Assembly: GCA_017134395.1 (NCBI GenBank)
Contig: CP070993.1
Coordinates: forward strand, 153,231 to 187,655
Reading direction: 5' to 3'
Length of the DNA stretch: 34,425 nucleotides
Source: Candidatus Kaiserbacteria bacterium
GTDB lineage: Bacteria; Patescibacteriota; Minisyncoccia; Phycocordibacterales; UBA2100
In this document: positions 7,651 to 16,475 of the stretch, piece by piece
How positions within the stretch are numbered: position 1 is the first letter of the stretch
How the letters are laid out: each line of letters opens with the position of its first letter
The notes under the pieces: model-generated
Told to the model about the DNA's origin: nothing
The model's input: only the letters and a program-made list of their open reading frames with translations
Databases searched by the model: none
Translations under genes and position numbers: made by a program

Positions 7651-7773
7651 ATGGATAACGTTGGTAGGATTTTACTCATGATTGCACTAGGGCTCGCCTG
7701 TGCTCTTGTTATTGGAACGTGGACATCTCACGACCCACAAACAAACAACATGATGCTCCAAAGAATCCAGTAA
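7651..7773 (+). CDS. Micro-ORF, 40-aa hydrophobic peptide
   Basis: MDNVGRILLMIALGLACALVIGTWTSHDPQTNNMMLQRIQ. GGAGGA lies 7 nt upstream of the ATG and a hairpin terminator follows immediately. Absent from the ORF track because it is under the size cutoff. Confidence 0.4.
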   Translation: MDNVGRILLMIALGLACALVIGTWTSHDPQTNNMMLQRIQ

Positions 7774-7780
7774 CGGATTC

Positions 7781-7820
7781 ATAAACCCTAGGCGAATTTA
7801 TTCGCCTAGGGTTTATTTAT
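7781..7820 (+). terminator. Hairpin terminator after the 40-aa micro-ORF
   Basis: ATAAACCCTAGGCGAAT tt ATTCGCCTAGGGTTTAT followed by TTAT. Confidence 0.5.
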
Positions 7821-7948
7821 AGCCATATATAGAACGTACTTTTTACAAATTGCAAGTGACTTTTTGGATATGGGTGTTGCAAAATGTTTTATTTGTAGCA
7901 CCATAGTAAAGCATCCAACGAGATGCTTACCAGTTTAATAAAAAAATC

Positions 7949-8023
7949 ATGGACGATAACCAAGGAACAACAGAAGGAACAGAAGCGGAAGCTCCTGCAA
8001 CAGAAGGAGAAGCAACTGAATAG
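7949..8023 (+). CDS. Micro-ORF, 24-aa acidic Thr/Glu-rich peptide (speculative)
   Basis: MDDNQGTTEGTEAEAPATEGEATE. No obvious SD. Two hairpins follow (8041-8060 and 8068-8096). Confidence 0.2.
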   Translation: MDDNQGTTEGTEAEAPATEGEATE

Positions 8024-8067
8024 TTCAGTTCTATTCCAGACTACACATTCATTTGTGTAGCATACAC

Positions 8068-8096
8068 AAAATCCCGCTTCGGCGGGATTTTGTTTT
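8068..8096 (+). terminator. Intrinsic terminator with a UUCG loop
   Basis: AAAATCCCGC ttcg GCGGGATTTT followed by GTTTT. Confidence 0.75.
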
Positions 8097-8124
8097 ATCT
8101 GAATACTTTGTCCACATTTGTGAA

Positions 8125-8142
8125 TGTAAAGTTAGCTTTACA
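8125..8142. promoter_or_regulatory. Inverted repeat overlapping the putative -35 of the XRE operon (candidate operator)
   Basis: TGTAAAG ttag CTTTACA. TTTACA (8137-8142), a 16-nt spacer and TATTAT (8159-8164) form a plausible promoter. Confidence 0.4.
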
Positions 8143-8177
8143 TATAGAGGGGAAGGAGTATTATGTAGATTACATGT

Positions 8178-8387
8178 ATGACAGAACAACCGATTACAAC
8201 ATTCTTACGCGACGTACGAACGCGATCTCAGGCAACTCAGGAGCAGCTGGCGGACGCCGTTGGTGTATCACGGCAAACAATAATTTCGATAGAAAAAGGG
8301 AATTACACACCCTCAGTGTTGTTGGCATTACGTATAGCCCATTATTTTAATGTACCTGTAGAAGATATATTTGCGTATGAAGGATAA
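8178..8387 (+). CDS. XRE-family helix-turn-helix transcriptional regulator
   Basis: 69 aa with the canonical Cro/C1 HTH (SQEQLADAVGVSRQTIISIEKGNYTPSVLLALRIAHYF). Confidence 0.9.
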   Translation: MTEQPITTFLRDVRTRSQATQEQLADAVGVSRQTIISIEKGNYTPSVLLALRIAHYFNVPVEDIFAYEG

Positions 8388-8745
8388 TTTTATTGCAGAA
8401 ATAAGTGTGGGGGTACTTTTGGCAGCGCTTGTTGCGATTCTCACCTACGCTCACACAGCATGGATGCCAAACATGGCGACCATGATGGTGTTAGTGCTTA
8501 TTGTAGTAGCGTTTGCGGTATTTGCAGTATTTGTATGGCGCGAGCGTCATGGAGACGAACGAGAACAGCTTATACGCTTTGTTGCCTCACGTATCGCATT
8601 TCTCGCAACGGGATTGATATTACTGATAGGAATTATTGTTGAAACTTTCATCTATTACACGCCCAACCCGTGGTTAGGGCTTGCGCTGGTGGTAATGGTT
8701 GGAGGGAAAATTATTGGTCATGCCTACGGGCGTAAAAAATATTAA
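8371..8745 (+). CDS. Four-TM membrane protein, DUF2178-like partner of the small XRE regulator
   Basis: 124 aa with four hydrophobic helices. It overlaps the XRE gene by 17 nt. The XRE plus small-membrane-protein pairing is a known arrangement. Confidence 0.65.
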   Translation: MRMKDNFIAEISVGVLLAALVAILTYAHTAWMPNMATMMVLVLIVVAFAVFAVFVWRERHGDEREQLIRFVASRIAFLATGLILLIGIIVETFIYYTPNPWLGLALVVMVGGKIIGHAYGRKKY

Positions 8746-8747
8746 GT

Positions 8748-9425
8748 ATGAATAATCAAAAAGGAATGACTACCACAGTAGTCGCAAGTATAGTAGTACT
8801 CTTATTACTTTTAGGAGGTGGTTGGTACGCATTTTCACAGGATGAAGAACCTGTAAAAACTGGTGACGCCATGATGGAGAGCGAAAGTGATGAATCTATG
8901 ACTAGTCACGAGAGTGACACAACAATGGAGGGTGAAGGAGGAGACACCATGATGAAGGAAGATGGTGACACTATGATGGAAAGTGAGCATAGCGAAGATG
9001 CTATGATGGAAGAAGGAAACACAGACGCAGCAATGAAAGACGAAGCGTCTTTTAAGGGCGCGGTTATTGCCGGCTCAAGCTCACCACTGCTTGAGTATAA
9101 CCAGCGCGACTATAACACGGCAATTGCAAGTGATCGCGTAGTTGTTTTGTACTTCTATGCAAATTGGTGTCCATTGTGTAAAGCAGAATTTGTAGACACA
9201 AAAGCTGCATTTGATGCACTGACCGAAGAAGATGTTGTAGGTTTCCGAGTGCATTTCAACGATGGGGACTTAACTCCAGAAATGGAAGAGCTGGCACGTG
9301 AATTTGGCGTTGCCTATCAACACACAAAGGTATTTATTAAAAACGGTGAACGCGTACTTAAGTCACCAGAAACCTGGAGTAAAGACAGGTATCTGACTGA
9401 GTTTGCGAAACACATAAACAAATAA
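8748..9425 (+). CDS. Membrane-anchored thioredoxin-fold protein with an acidic Met-rich linker
   Basis: N-terminal TM helix, then a D(T/A)MM(E/K)E-type repeat region (nt 8862-9044). The C-terminal thioredoxin fold has active site WCPLC. Confidence 0.8.
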   Translation: MNNQKGMTTTVVASIVVLLLLLGGGWYAFSQDEEPVKTGDAMMESESDESMTSHESDTTMEGEGGDTMMKEDGDTMMESEHSEDAMMEEGNTDAAMKDEASFKGAVIAGSSSPLLEYNQRDYNTAIASDRVVVLYFYANWCPLCKAEFVDTKAAFDALTEEDVVGFRVHFNDGDLTPEMEELAREFGVAYQHTKVFIKNGERVLKSPETWSKDRYLTEFAKHINK

Positions 9426-9429
9426 CAGT

Positions 9430-10140
9430 ATGTTTGGTTCTGAAGTTACCCTCGTAGTCGCATTTATCGCAGGAATAGTGTCTTTTCTATCTCCGTGCGT
9501 CTTGCCCATTATTCCAGGCTTTTTAGCGTATCTTACTGGTACTTCAGCCCAAGAAAAGCCAAAACGAAGCCGAGTCGTCTTACACAGCGCACTGTTTGTA
9601 TTGGGGTTCTCGCTCGTTTTTGCTCTTCTCGGAGTCTTACTAAACACTGTACTTGAACGCTCTGCATACGATACTCAAATTTGGCTGTCGCGTATTGGTG
9701 GAGTCATTATAATCTTCTTCGGACTCTTCTTGATGAAGCTCATACGTCTCCCATTTCTCGAGAGAGCTCACACAATTAATGTTGTCGGTAAATTTAAATC
9801 GAAGTATCTTACCTCAATGTTATTTGGTGCAGCGTTTGCTGCCGGATGGACGCCTTGTGTAAGTGCTGCATTAGGTGCGATTCTTGGACTTGCAGCAAGT
9901 AACCCTGGTGTAGCGTTTTGGCTTCTTATGTCTTACTCATTTGGTTTGGGAGTTCCGTTTCTTGTTATTGGGTTCTTTGCAGCGGATGCCGGAAGAGTTA
10001 TACAACGTTACGCCAGCTCACTTACGTATGTAAACATGGTGTTTGGTGCACTGCTTATCGTTTTGGGAGTTCTTATATTCACGCAAGATTTGGTTCTCTT
10101 ATCTAACTTTGAACTTCTTAATAAAATCCTCTTGAAATAA
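9430..10140 (+). CDS. ccdA: CcdA/DsbD-family thiol:disulfide electron transporter
   Basis: 236 aa, polytopic. Conserved LSPCVLPIIPGFLAYL and a second Cys motif AGWTPCV. Confidence 0.85.
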   Translation: MFGSEVTLVVAFIAGIVSFLSPCVLPIIPGFLAYLTGTSAQEKPKRSRVVLHSALFVLGFSLVFALLGVLLNTVLERSAYDTQIWLSRIGGVIIIFFGLFLMKLIRLPFLERAHTINVVGKFKSKYLTSMLFGAAFAAGWTPCVSAALGAILGLAASNPGVAFWLLMSYSFGLGVPFLVIGFFAADAGRVIQRYASSLTYVNMVFGALLIVLGVLIFTQDLVLLSNFELLNKILLK

Positions 10141-10144
10141 CACC

Positions 10145-11263
10145 ATGAACGCAAAGCAGCTTATAACGCTTGCTCTAGTTGCTGCCCTTATTGTTGGGGC
10201 AATTGCATACCTTCAAAGTAAGAAGATACCAGTAGATGTTGCAGCGCTCGCAGCTGAAGCAGAAATTGTCATTCCAGAGCTGACGACATCAGAAAAGGCT
10301 GAAAAATATGACCGTGCACGTGAAATAACACAACCTGCCGGCTTTATTAATACTGAAGCCTTTAATCTTGCTGACGTTGTTGGAAAGAAAGTAATATTGC
10401 TAGATATCTGGACATACAGTTGTATTAACTGCCAGCGTACCTTGCCGTACATAACCGCATGGGATGATAAGTACAAAGATGAGGGTCTGCTCATTGTGGG
10501 AATACACTCTCCTGAATTTGAGTTTGAAAAAGACATCGAAAATGTACAGACTGCAGTTGAAAAGTTCGGCATTAACTACCCAGTTGTACTTGATAACGAC
10601 TTTGGAACATGGCACGCATACCGAAATAGTTACTGGCCACGTAAATATCTTATCGATATCGATGGATTTGTCGTCTACGACCACATTGGTGAAGGTGCCT
10701 ACGATGAAACAGAGGCAAAAATAAAAGAACTGCTTGCAGAACGCGCGCAAAAACTTGGCGAAGTAGTTGATTTAACAGGGCGTGTAGACACTATTACCGT
10801 GCCTGAGGCAATTGCTGATACTGTTCCGCGAAGTCCAGAAGTATACTTTGGTGCGTGGCGAAACAGCACATTTGGTAACGGAAGCCCTGGAATGCTTGGT
10901 GGATACGAACTAGAGCGTCCTGCCACATTTGTTCGAGATATTTTTTATCTCACTGGAGCATGGAACATCTACCAGCAATATGCGGAGAATGCAAAGAAAG
11001 ACGCCCGTATAATCTACAAGTACAGCGGCGACAAGGTCTTTATGGTTGCCAGCTCAAAATCTGGTGCAACAATACGACTTCTACAAGATGGTGAACCAAT
11101 TGGCGCCGCTGCCGGTGCTGATATTGATGAAAACGGGCGAGTAGAGGTGAAAGAAGAACAACTCTATAAACTTGTCGATAATCCAGATGGTGCGGCAGAG
11201 CACACACTTGAAATAATCATCGAAGATCCTGGTTTGGAGATATTTACCTTTACTTTCGGTTAA
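10145..11263 (+). CDS. Extracytoplasmic thioredoxin-like (TlpA/ResA, DipZ C-terminal-type) protein
   Basis: N-terminal TM anchor and a redoxin domain with CINC active site (DIWTYSCINCQRTLPYI). The C-terminal extension resembles the DipZ C-terminal domain. Confidence 0.75.
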   Translation: MNAKQLITLALVAALIVGAIAYLQSKKIPVDVAALAAEAEIVIPELTTSEKAEKYDRAREITQPAGFINTEAFNLADVVGKKVILLDIWTYSCINCQRTLPYITAWDDKYKDEGLLIVGIHSPEFEFEKDIENVQTAVEKFGINYPVVLDNDFGTWHAYRNSYWPRKYLIDIDGFVVYDHIGEGAYDETEAKIKELLAERAQKLGEVVDLTGRVDTITVPEAIADTVPRSPEVYFGAWRNSTFGNGSPGMLGGYELERPATFVRDIFYLTGAWNIYQQYAENAKKDARIIYKYSGDKVFMVASSKSGATIRLLQDGEPIGAAAGADIDENGRVEVKEEQLYKLVDNPDGAAEHTLEIIIEDPGLEIFTFTFG

Positions 11264-11333
11264 TTCCACAGTTACGAACTAGCGGTGCATACATCTGCTA
11301 TAATGAAAGTGTTATTATTTAATATATAATCGC

Positions 11334-11831
11334 ATGACTCATTCAAACATTGAGCACTACGCACCACTTGTTGGGCGTGTGTTGCTCGTACTTTTATTTA
11401 TCGTGAGCGCCTTTGGCATCCTCACAAACTTCTCAGGTACTGCAGGTTTTTATGCATCACTAGGTATTCCTGTTGCTGCAGCAGCAGTAGTTGTAGTGCT
11501 TTTGATTAAAATTCTCGGTAGCCTCATGGTGGCAACAGGAATACATGCACGTACTGGTGCATGGGCACTTATTATCTTCACAATTGCTGCTACACTCATG
11601 GCTCACATTGGTGAAGGTCAAATGGTTTCAGCACTTAAGAACCTCTCAATAATTGGTGGTTTACTGCTCGTTACAGTATATGGAGCTGGACCTAAATCAC
11701 TTGCACACTTGTGCCCGTGTCCAAAATGTAAGGTTGCAACTCCAGTCGCAGCAGGTGGCGTATGTAACTGTGGATCGTGTGACGCATGTCGCGCAGCACA
11801 AAGTGCACACAACGACGGAGGATCTCAATAA
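11334..11831 (+). CDS. DoxX-family membrane protein with a Cys-rich C-terminal tail
   Basis: Four TM helices typical of DoxX. The tail HLCPCPKCKVATPVAAGGVCNCGSCDACRAA carries 7 Cys. TGCTATAAT lies at 11296-11304 upstream. Confidence 0.65.
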   Translation: MTHSNIEHYAPLVGRVLLVLLFIVSAFGILTNFSGTAGFYASLGIPVAAAAVVVVLLIKILGSLMVATGIHARTGAWALIIFTIAATLMAHIGEGQMVSALKNLSIIGGLLLVTVYGAGPKSLAHLCPCPKCKVATPVAAGGVCNCGSCDACRAAQSAHNDGGSQ

Positions 11832-11849
11832 ACCTTCATACACTGTTTT

Positions 11850-11879
11850 AAAAAAGAGCATCTAGGGATGCTCTTTTTT
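11850..11879 (+). terminator. Intrinsic terminator after DoxX
   Basis: AAAAAAGAGCATC tagg GATGCTCTTTTTT. Confidence 0.8.
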
Positions 11880-11895
11880 GATATACTAATGATAT

Positions 11896-12351
11896 ATGAA
11901 TTCAAATACTAAAGACCAAGCCGTGTGGAATGCTTTATTCTCACTTTTATTCCTGTTGTTACTCATTAGTGCATTTTGGGGGCTTACCAATGGACTTGAT
12001 AGCTTCAAGTGGCTCTATGTCCTCGATAGTATGGATATCGCGATACTTGCTCTGGCAACGTTTAGAATAGTGCGCCTTGTGACATTCGACAAAATATTTA
12101 CCTTCGTTCGCAATATTTTTATGGATTTACAAGAAGATGGCAGCTATGAAAAGCCTGAAAGAGGTATCCGTCGAACTGTTGCAGAGCTTATTGAATGTAT
12201 ATGGTGTACTGGTCTTTGGGCAGCGCTACCAATAGTGACACTCTATTTCATAGCAGATATAGGACGTTTCTTTGTACTTGTGCTCGCCGTGGCAGCTCTC
12301 GGAAGTTTCTTGCAGCTCTTTTCTCAAATGGTTGGAAGAATAGGGAAGTAG
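11896..12351 (+). CDS. DUF1360-family membrane protein
   Basis: LATFRIVRLVTFDKIF ... ELIECIWCTGLWAA matches the DUF1360 pattern as I recall it. Confidence 0.65.
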   Translation: MNSNTKDQAVWNALFSLLFLLLLISAFWGLTNGLDSFKWLYVLDSMDIAILALATFRIVRLVTFDKIFTFVRNIFMDLQEDGSYEKPERGIRRTVAELIECIWCTGLWAALPIVTLYFIADIGRFFVLVLAVAALGSFLQLFSQMVGRIGK

Positions 12352-12400
12352 AAAGAGTTCACATTGCTATTTTCAGTCTTAACGGTAGAGTTGTATACGT

Positions 12401-13084
12401 ATGCAGGCAGTATTTTTAGTAGCAGGAGAAGGTACACGAATGCGCCCTCTTACGTACCATGTTCCAAAACCAATGGCTCGAGCTGGTGGTAAGAATCTTG
12501 TAGAGCACAATATTGATAATCTTCCGAAAGAAATAACCGAAATAATTTTTGTGGTTGGCTATTTGGCTGAACAAATCATGAATCACTTTGGGGACGAATA
12601 CGAAGGCCGTAAGATTACCTACGTGCGGCAAAAGAAGCTATTAGGTACTGCACATGCTCTTTCTTTGTGCCAAAAGCATCTACACGGACGCTTTATAGTA
12701 CTTATGGGTGACGACGTTTACGGAAAAGATGATATTAAGAATTGCCTGCAGTATGACTGGGCATGGCTCGTGAAGAAAGTTCGTGGAAAATTTACCGGTG
12801 GTCGAATTATTTATGATTCTGATGGCAACGTGACTTCTGTAACCGAGGGCAAGCATAATGTGAAAGATGGATTTGTCGGTACAAACCTATTTGTTTTAGG
12901 AATGGAATACTTTAACTATCAAATGGTACCAATTAAAGACGGTAAAGAGTACGGACTTCCTCAAACTGTAGCTCTCGCTGCGGAGGATTTCCCGATAAAA
13001 ATGGTGGAGGCAAAAAATTGGGAACAAATTAGCGACATGAATGATTTAAAAAGGTTGCATACACGTATCTCTAAAGGACAATAG
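12401..13084 (+). CDS. Sugar-phosphate nucleotidyltransferase (RmlA/GlmU N-terminal-like)
   Basis: N-terminal signature LVAGEGTRMRPLTYHVPKPM, i.e. G-x-G-T-R-x(n)-P-K. Confidence 0.8.
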   Translation: MQAVFLVAGEGTRMRPLTYHVPKPMARAGGKNLVEHNIDNLPKEITEIIFVVGYLAEQIMNHFGDEYEGRKITYVRQKKLLGTAHALSLCQKHLHGRFIVLMGDDVYGKDDIKNCLQYDWAWLVKKVRGKFTGGRIIYDSDGNVTSVTEGKHNVKDGFVGTNLFVLGMEYFNYQMVPIKDGKEYGLPQTVALAAEDFPIKMVEAKNWEQISDMNDLKRLHTRISKGQ

Positions 13085-13168
13085 TATCAATAAATAAGCG
13101 CCTTTTTAGAACTAAATGTCCATTAGATTTGGTGTATTTCAGTAGTATTTCGTAATGTATTTGCTTTC

Positions 13169-13198
13169 TTGACACCCTTTACGCTTCAACACTATAAT
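13169..13198 (+). promoter_or_regulatory. Consensus sigma70 promoter
   Basis: TTGACA (13169-13174), 18-nt spacer, TATAAT (13193-13198). It sits about 70 nt upstream of the 13272 start. Confidence 0.6.
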
Positions 13199-13271
13199 CA
13201 CAGTAACTTAAAGCTCTTTTTGTTCCTTTGGACACACTTTCAGACGAGGATTATTTTTTAACCGAAACAAA

Positions 13272-14429
13272 ATGAGTGCGCAACTTACTTCACTCGCGCA
13301 AACGCGCGGACTACAACTTTCTTTACTAACACTTTTGGCTGCATTATTTGTGCTTACACCTAGCCTTGCAAGCGCTAATACGTTGCCTATTGGCGTTCTT
13401 GAACGCCAGACATGTGACTCTTTTAGCGTTGATATACACGGCTATGGAGCTGGGATGATGCATAACGCAAATCCCATGGAGATTAGCGGACAACGAGTTA
13501 CTCATATTAGCGCTACAGAGAACTGCGCGGTGGTTGAGTGGCAAAGTTCTACTCCTGCCGCTACACAAGTGTTGTTTGCAGAACTTGGTGACGAACCAGT
13601 ACCTATCGATACATCCATTGATCCTGATTTCGGATACCCACACGCAAGCACACAAAACAATGCTGGTATCGCTAATCACGTAGCTATCCTAACTGGTCTT
13701 GAGGCAGGTAAGGCATACTCATACCGTGTGGTGACACGTTCACACCCAAGCGCGCTGCCAACGATAAGTGATCCTCAGGTTCTTATTGCTGGACCTTATA
13801 CAGTGCCGGTAGCACCAATAGTACCTACTACTCCAATTGTTACACCAACTCCTACATTTGATGCAGAGAAGTTCCCAATAACACCAACTGCTACAGTAAA
13901 GCCAGTAGCAGTGACCCCGGTTACAGAAATAAAGGAAATAGAGGACGATAAAGATGTTACGGTTCCGGCTGCTATTACTGCCGCATCAAACGCTTTTGGT
14001 GCAACTTCGCGGGAAGGAAGTCTATGGGAAACTATCACAGGATTCTTTAACCGTATAACCCCTGACGTAAGTCGTTTAAGCCTTTCGTCAAACATTGGTC
14101 TATTTGAGAAGGATCGCTACATCGTTCCAACACTATTCTTCCTTGTTGTCTTGTTTCTGATACAGCATCTTATTCTTCCGGCATTCAGTATCAGTCTCAA
14201 AAACCCTCTTCTGTATTGGCTTGTTGGTAGTGTTGTTCTTGCGGTTCTCTCTTCGGTATTTATGCTGTACTACGTAACGCTTATAGCAATCGCACTGTTT
14301 TTAGGTATTCTTGCGTGGTATTTATTGCAAAATATTTCCGATGAGGATGGCACTCCAGTTCAGCCAAAGTTGCTTGAAACAATCGGCTCAGACGCAAAGG
14401 ATTCAAACAAGAAAAAAGATGAAAAGTAG
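13272..14429 (+). CDS. Secreted, membrane-anchored hypothetical protein
   Basis: Signal-peptide-like N-terminus and an Fn3/purple-acid-phosphatase-N-like segment (VEWQSSTPAATQVLF...GKAYSYRVV). A Pro/Thr/Val-rich linker follows, then C-terminal TM helices and a Lys-rich tail. Confidence 0.6.
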   Translation: MSAQLTSLAQTRGLQLSLLTLLAALFVLTPSLASANTLPIGVLERQTCDSFSVDIHGYGAGMMHNANPMEISGQRVTHISATENCAVVEWQSSTPAATQVLFAELGDEPVPIDTSIDPDFGYPHASTQNNAGIANHVAILTGLEAGKAYSYRVVTRSHPSALPTISDPQVLIAGPYTVPVAPIVPTTPIVTPTPTFDAEKFPITPTATVKPVAVTPVTEIKEIEDDKDVTVPAAITAASNAFGATSREGSLWETITGFFNRITPDVSRLSLSSNIGLFEKDRYIVPTLFFLVVLFLIQHLILPAFSISLKNPLLYWLVGSVVLAVLSSVFMLYYVTLIAIALFLGILAWYLLQNISDEDGTPVQPKLLETIGSDAKDSNKKKDEK

Positions 14430-14450
14430 TCTGGAATTAGATACAGGCTA

Positions 14451-14459
14451 TGCTACAAT
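14451..14459 (+). promoter_or_regulatory. Extended -10 (TGcTACAAT) for the ATP synthase operon
   Basis: TG at 14451-14452 and TACAAT at 14454-14459. A small leader hairpin CCTCTTT cgt AAAGAGG follows. Confidence 0.5.
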
Positions 14460-14499
14460 GCGCGCGCCTCTTTCGTAAAGAGGTCCACGCGACATATAC

Positions 14500-15321
14500 A
14501 TGGAAAAAAGCACCACAGCAATTGAACATGCGGCAGAGGTTACTCATGCTGTACAGGAAACAGCGACGCACGCTGATTCTGGTATACACATTGCGTTAGC
14601 AGCAGAGCAGGTAGGTGTGTTCTTTGGCATCCCAATAACCAATACACTGATTACAAGCTGGATTGTGATGCTTATCCTCGCGACAATTGCTTTTTTTGTC
14701 GGTAGAAATTTAAAGGTGATACCTGGGCGCATTCAAATATTCTTTGAAGAGATGCTTTCATTCATTCTTGGATATATGTCTGAGGTACTTGAGGACGCAA
14801 AGCTCGCACGAAAACTCTTTCCACTTATCACGACTCTCTTTATTTTCATTGCACTCTCAAACCTCTTAGAATTTACGCCAGGTATCGGAAGTCTTGGTTT
14901 TGTTGAAAGTACAAGTCATGGTGAAGTCTTTACCGCAGTGCTGCGAAGTGTAAACACCGACTTGAATGTCACCCTTGCATTGGCAGTGATTGCGTTTCTT
15001 ACAATTGAGATAGTTGGTGCCGCTACTCTTGGTACGTTAACCTATGCAGGTAAGTTTTTGAACTTTAAATCGGTAATCGGATTCTTCGTAGGAATCATTG
15101 AGTTATTTAGCGAATTTGCACGGCTCATTTCATTCTCGTTTCGTTTATTTGGAAATATTCTTGCTGGAGAAGTGCTGATTGTTGTAATTGCTTCGTTCGT
15201 CCCGTATTTTTTACCAGTACCAATGATGCTCTTTGAAGTGTTTGTTGGTTTAATTCAGGCAGCAATTTTTGCACTCTTAACTCTTTTCTTTGTTAAGATA
15301 GCTATCACAAAACCACATTAG
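14500..15321 (+). CDS. atpB: F0F1 ATP synthase subunit a
   Basis: Polytopic protein with the conserved Arg motif FSFRLFGNILAGE. Confidence 0.9.
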   Translation: MEKSTTAIEHAAEVTHAVQETATHADSGIHIALAAEQVGVFFGIPITNTLITSWIVMLILATIAFFVGRNLKVIPGRIQIFFEEMLSFILGYMSEVLEDAKLARKLFPLITTLFIFIALSNLLEFTPGIGSLGFVESTSHGEVFTAVLRSVNTDLNVTLALAVIAFLTIEIVGAATLGTLTYAGKFLNFKSVIGFFVGIIELFSEFARLISFSFRLFGNILAGEVLIVVIASFVPYFLPVPMMLFEVFVGLIQAAIFALLTLFFVKIAITKPH

Positions 15322-15389
15322 CCTCGACAGCGTCGAGTCTGATGTGGCTCTGTGAAAGTAGTCAGAGTTTTAATAGATAAATTTCATAA

Positions 15390-15620
<231 letters not shown>

Positions 15621-15625
15621 CGAGT

Positions 15626-16069
15626 ATGGAAGAAATCGCACGCGTATTTGGACTCAATTGGAAACTGTTTATTGTACAGACAGTTAACTTTGGCGTACTT
15701 CTTTTGGTACTGTGGTATTTCTTATACCGACCTGTTCTCAACATGATTGACGCGCGTCGCCAGAAAATTGAAGAAGGTGTCGCAAGTGCTGAAAAAGCAC
15801 AAGAGCGCCTTGGTGAGATTGAAGGTGAACGAGAAGACGTGCTAAAAAAGGCAACGACTGAAGCTGATGAAATACTTTCAACTTCAAAAGACCGTGCGCA
15901 GGAGAAAGCATCAGAAATTGTTACTGAAGCGGGAAACCGTGCTGAATCTCTTGTTGAGAGTGCACAGCAACGTGCTGAGGAAATGAAAGAACAGGCACTG
16001 CGTGAAAGTAAGGAGGAAATTGGGAAAGCTGCAATTCTTGCAGCTGAACAAATTCTAAAGAAAAAATAA
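15626..16069 (+). CDS. atpF: F0F1 ATP synthase subunit b
   Basis: One N-terminal TM helix, then a long charged helix. Position in the operon fits. Confidence 0.85.
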   Translation: MEEIARVFGLNWKLFIVQTVNFGVLLLVLWYFLYRPVLNMIDARRQKIEEGVASAEKAQERLGEIEGEREDVLKKATTEADEILSTSKDRAQEKASEIVTEAGNRAESLVESAQQRAEEMKEQALRESKEEIGKAAILAAEQILKKK

Positions 16070-16070
16070 T

Positions 16071-16457
16071 ATGCCAGCAGAGTACGCACATGCACTACAC
16101 AATACCCTTAAAAAAGCATCCACAAAAAGCGAGGCTAGTGGCCACGTTGACGCATTAGTTGCAGCTCTACAAAAGTCTGGGAAGTTGAAAGCACTCCCTG
16201 CAATTTTGCGTGAGTATGAAAGAATTGAGCTTCGCAAGAACGCACACAAGCCAACTCTTACACTTTCGGACACAAAGGACGAAGGTATTGCACGTAAAGA
16301 GTTGGAGCAGAGGTTGGGAGAAAAAATCAGTGATGTCGCTATCGAAACGGATGAAAATCTAGTTGGTGGGTGGCGCTACATACATAACGACACACTTTTA
16401 GACACAAGTTACAAAGCAGCATTATTAGAATTGTACCGTCGAGTTACAGCAGTTTAA
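16071..16457 (+). CDS. atpH: F0F1 ATP synthase subunit delta (short, 128 aa)
   Basis: OSCP-like C-terminus (ETDENLVGGWRYIHNDTLLDTSYKAALLELY). Position between atpF and atpA fits. Confidence 0.75.
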   Translation: MPAEYAHALHNTLKKASTKSEASGHVDALVAALQKSGKLKALPAILREYERIELRKNAHKPTLTLSDTKDEGIARKELEQRLGEKISDVAIETDENLVGGWRYIHNDTLLDTSYKAALLELYRRVTAV

Positions 16458-16475
16458 TAGCAAATTACACACAGT

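Noticed and set aside
8090-8350. 86-aa ORF overlapping the XRE gene in another frame (also 8460-8642, 9918-10106 and 10464-10724)
   Set aside because: These are alternative-frame ORFs inside genes with clear family signatures. They have no independent start signals and odd composition.
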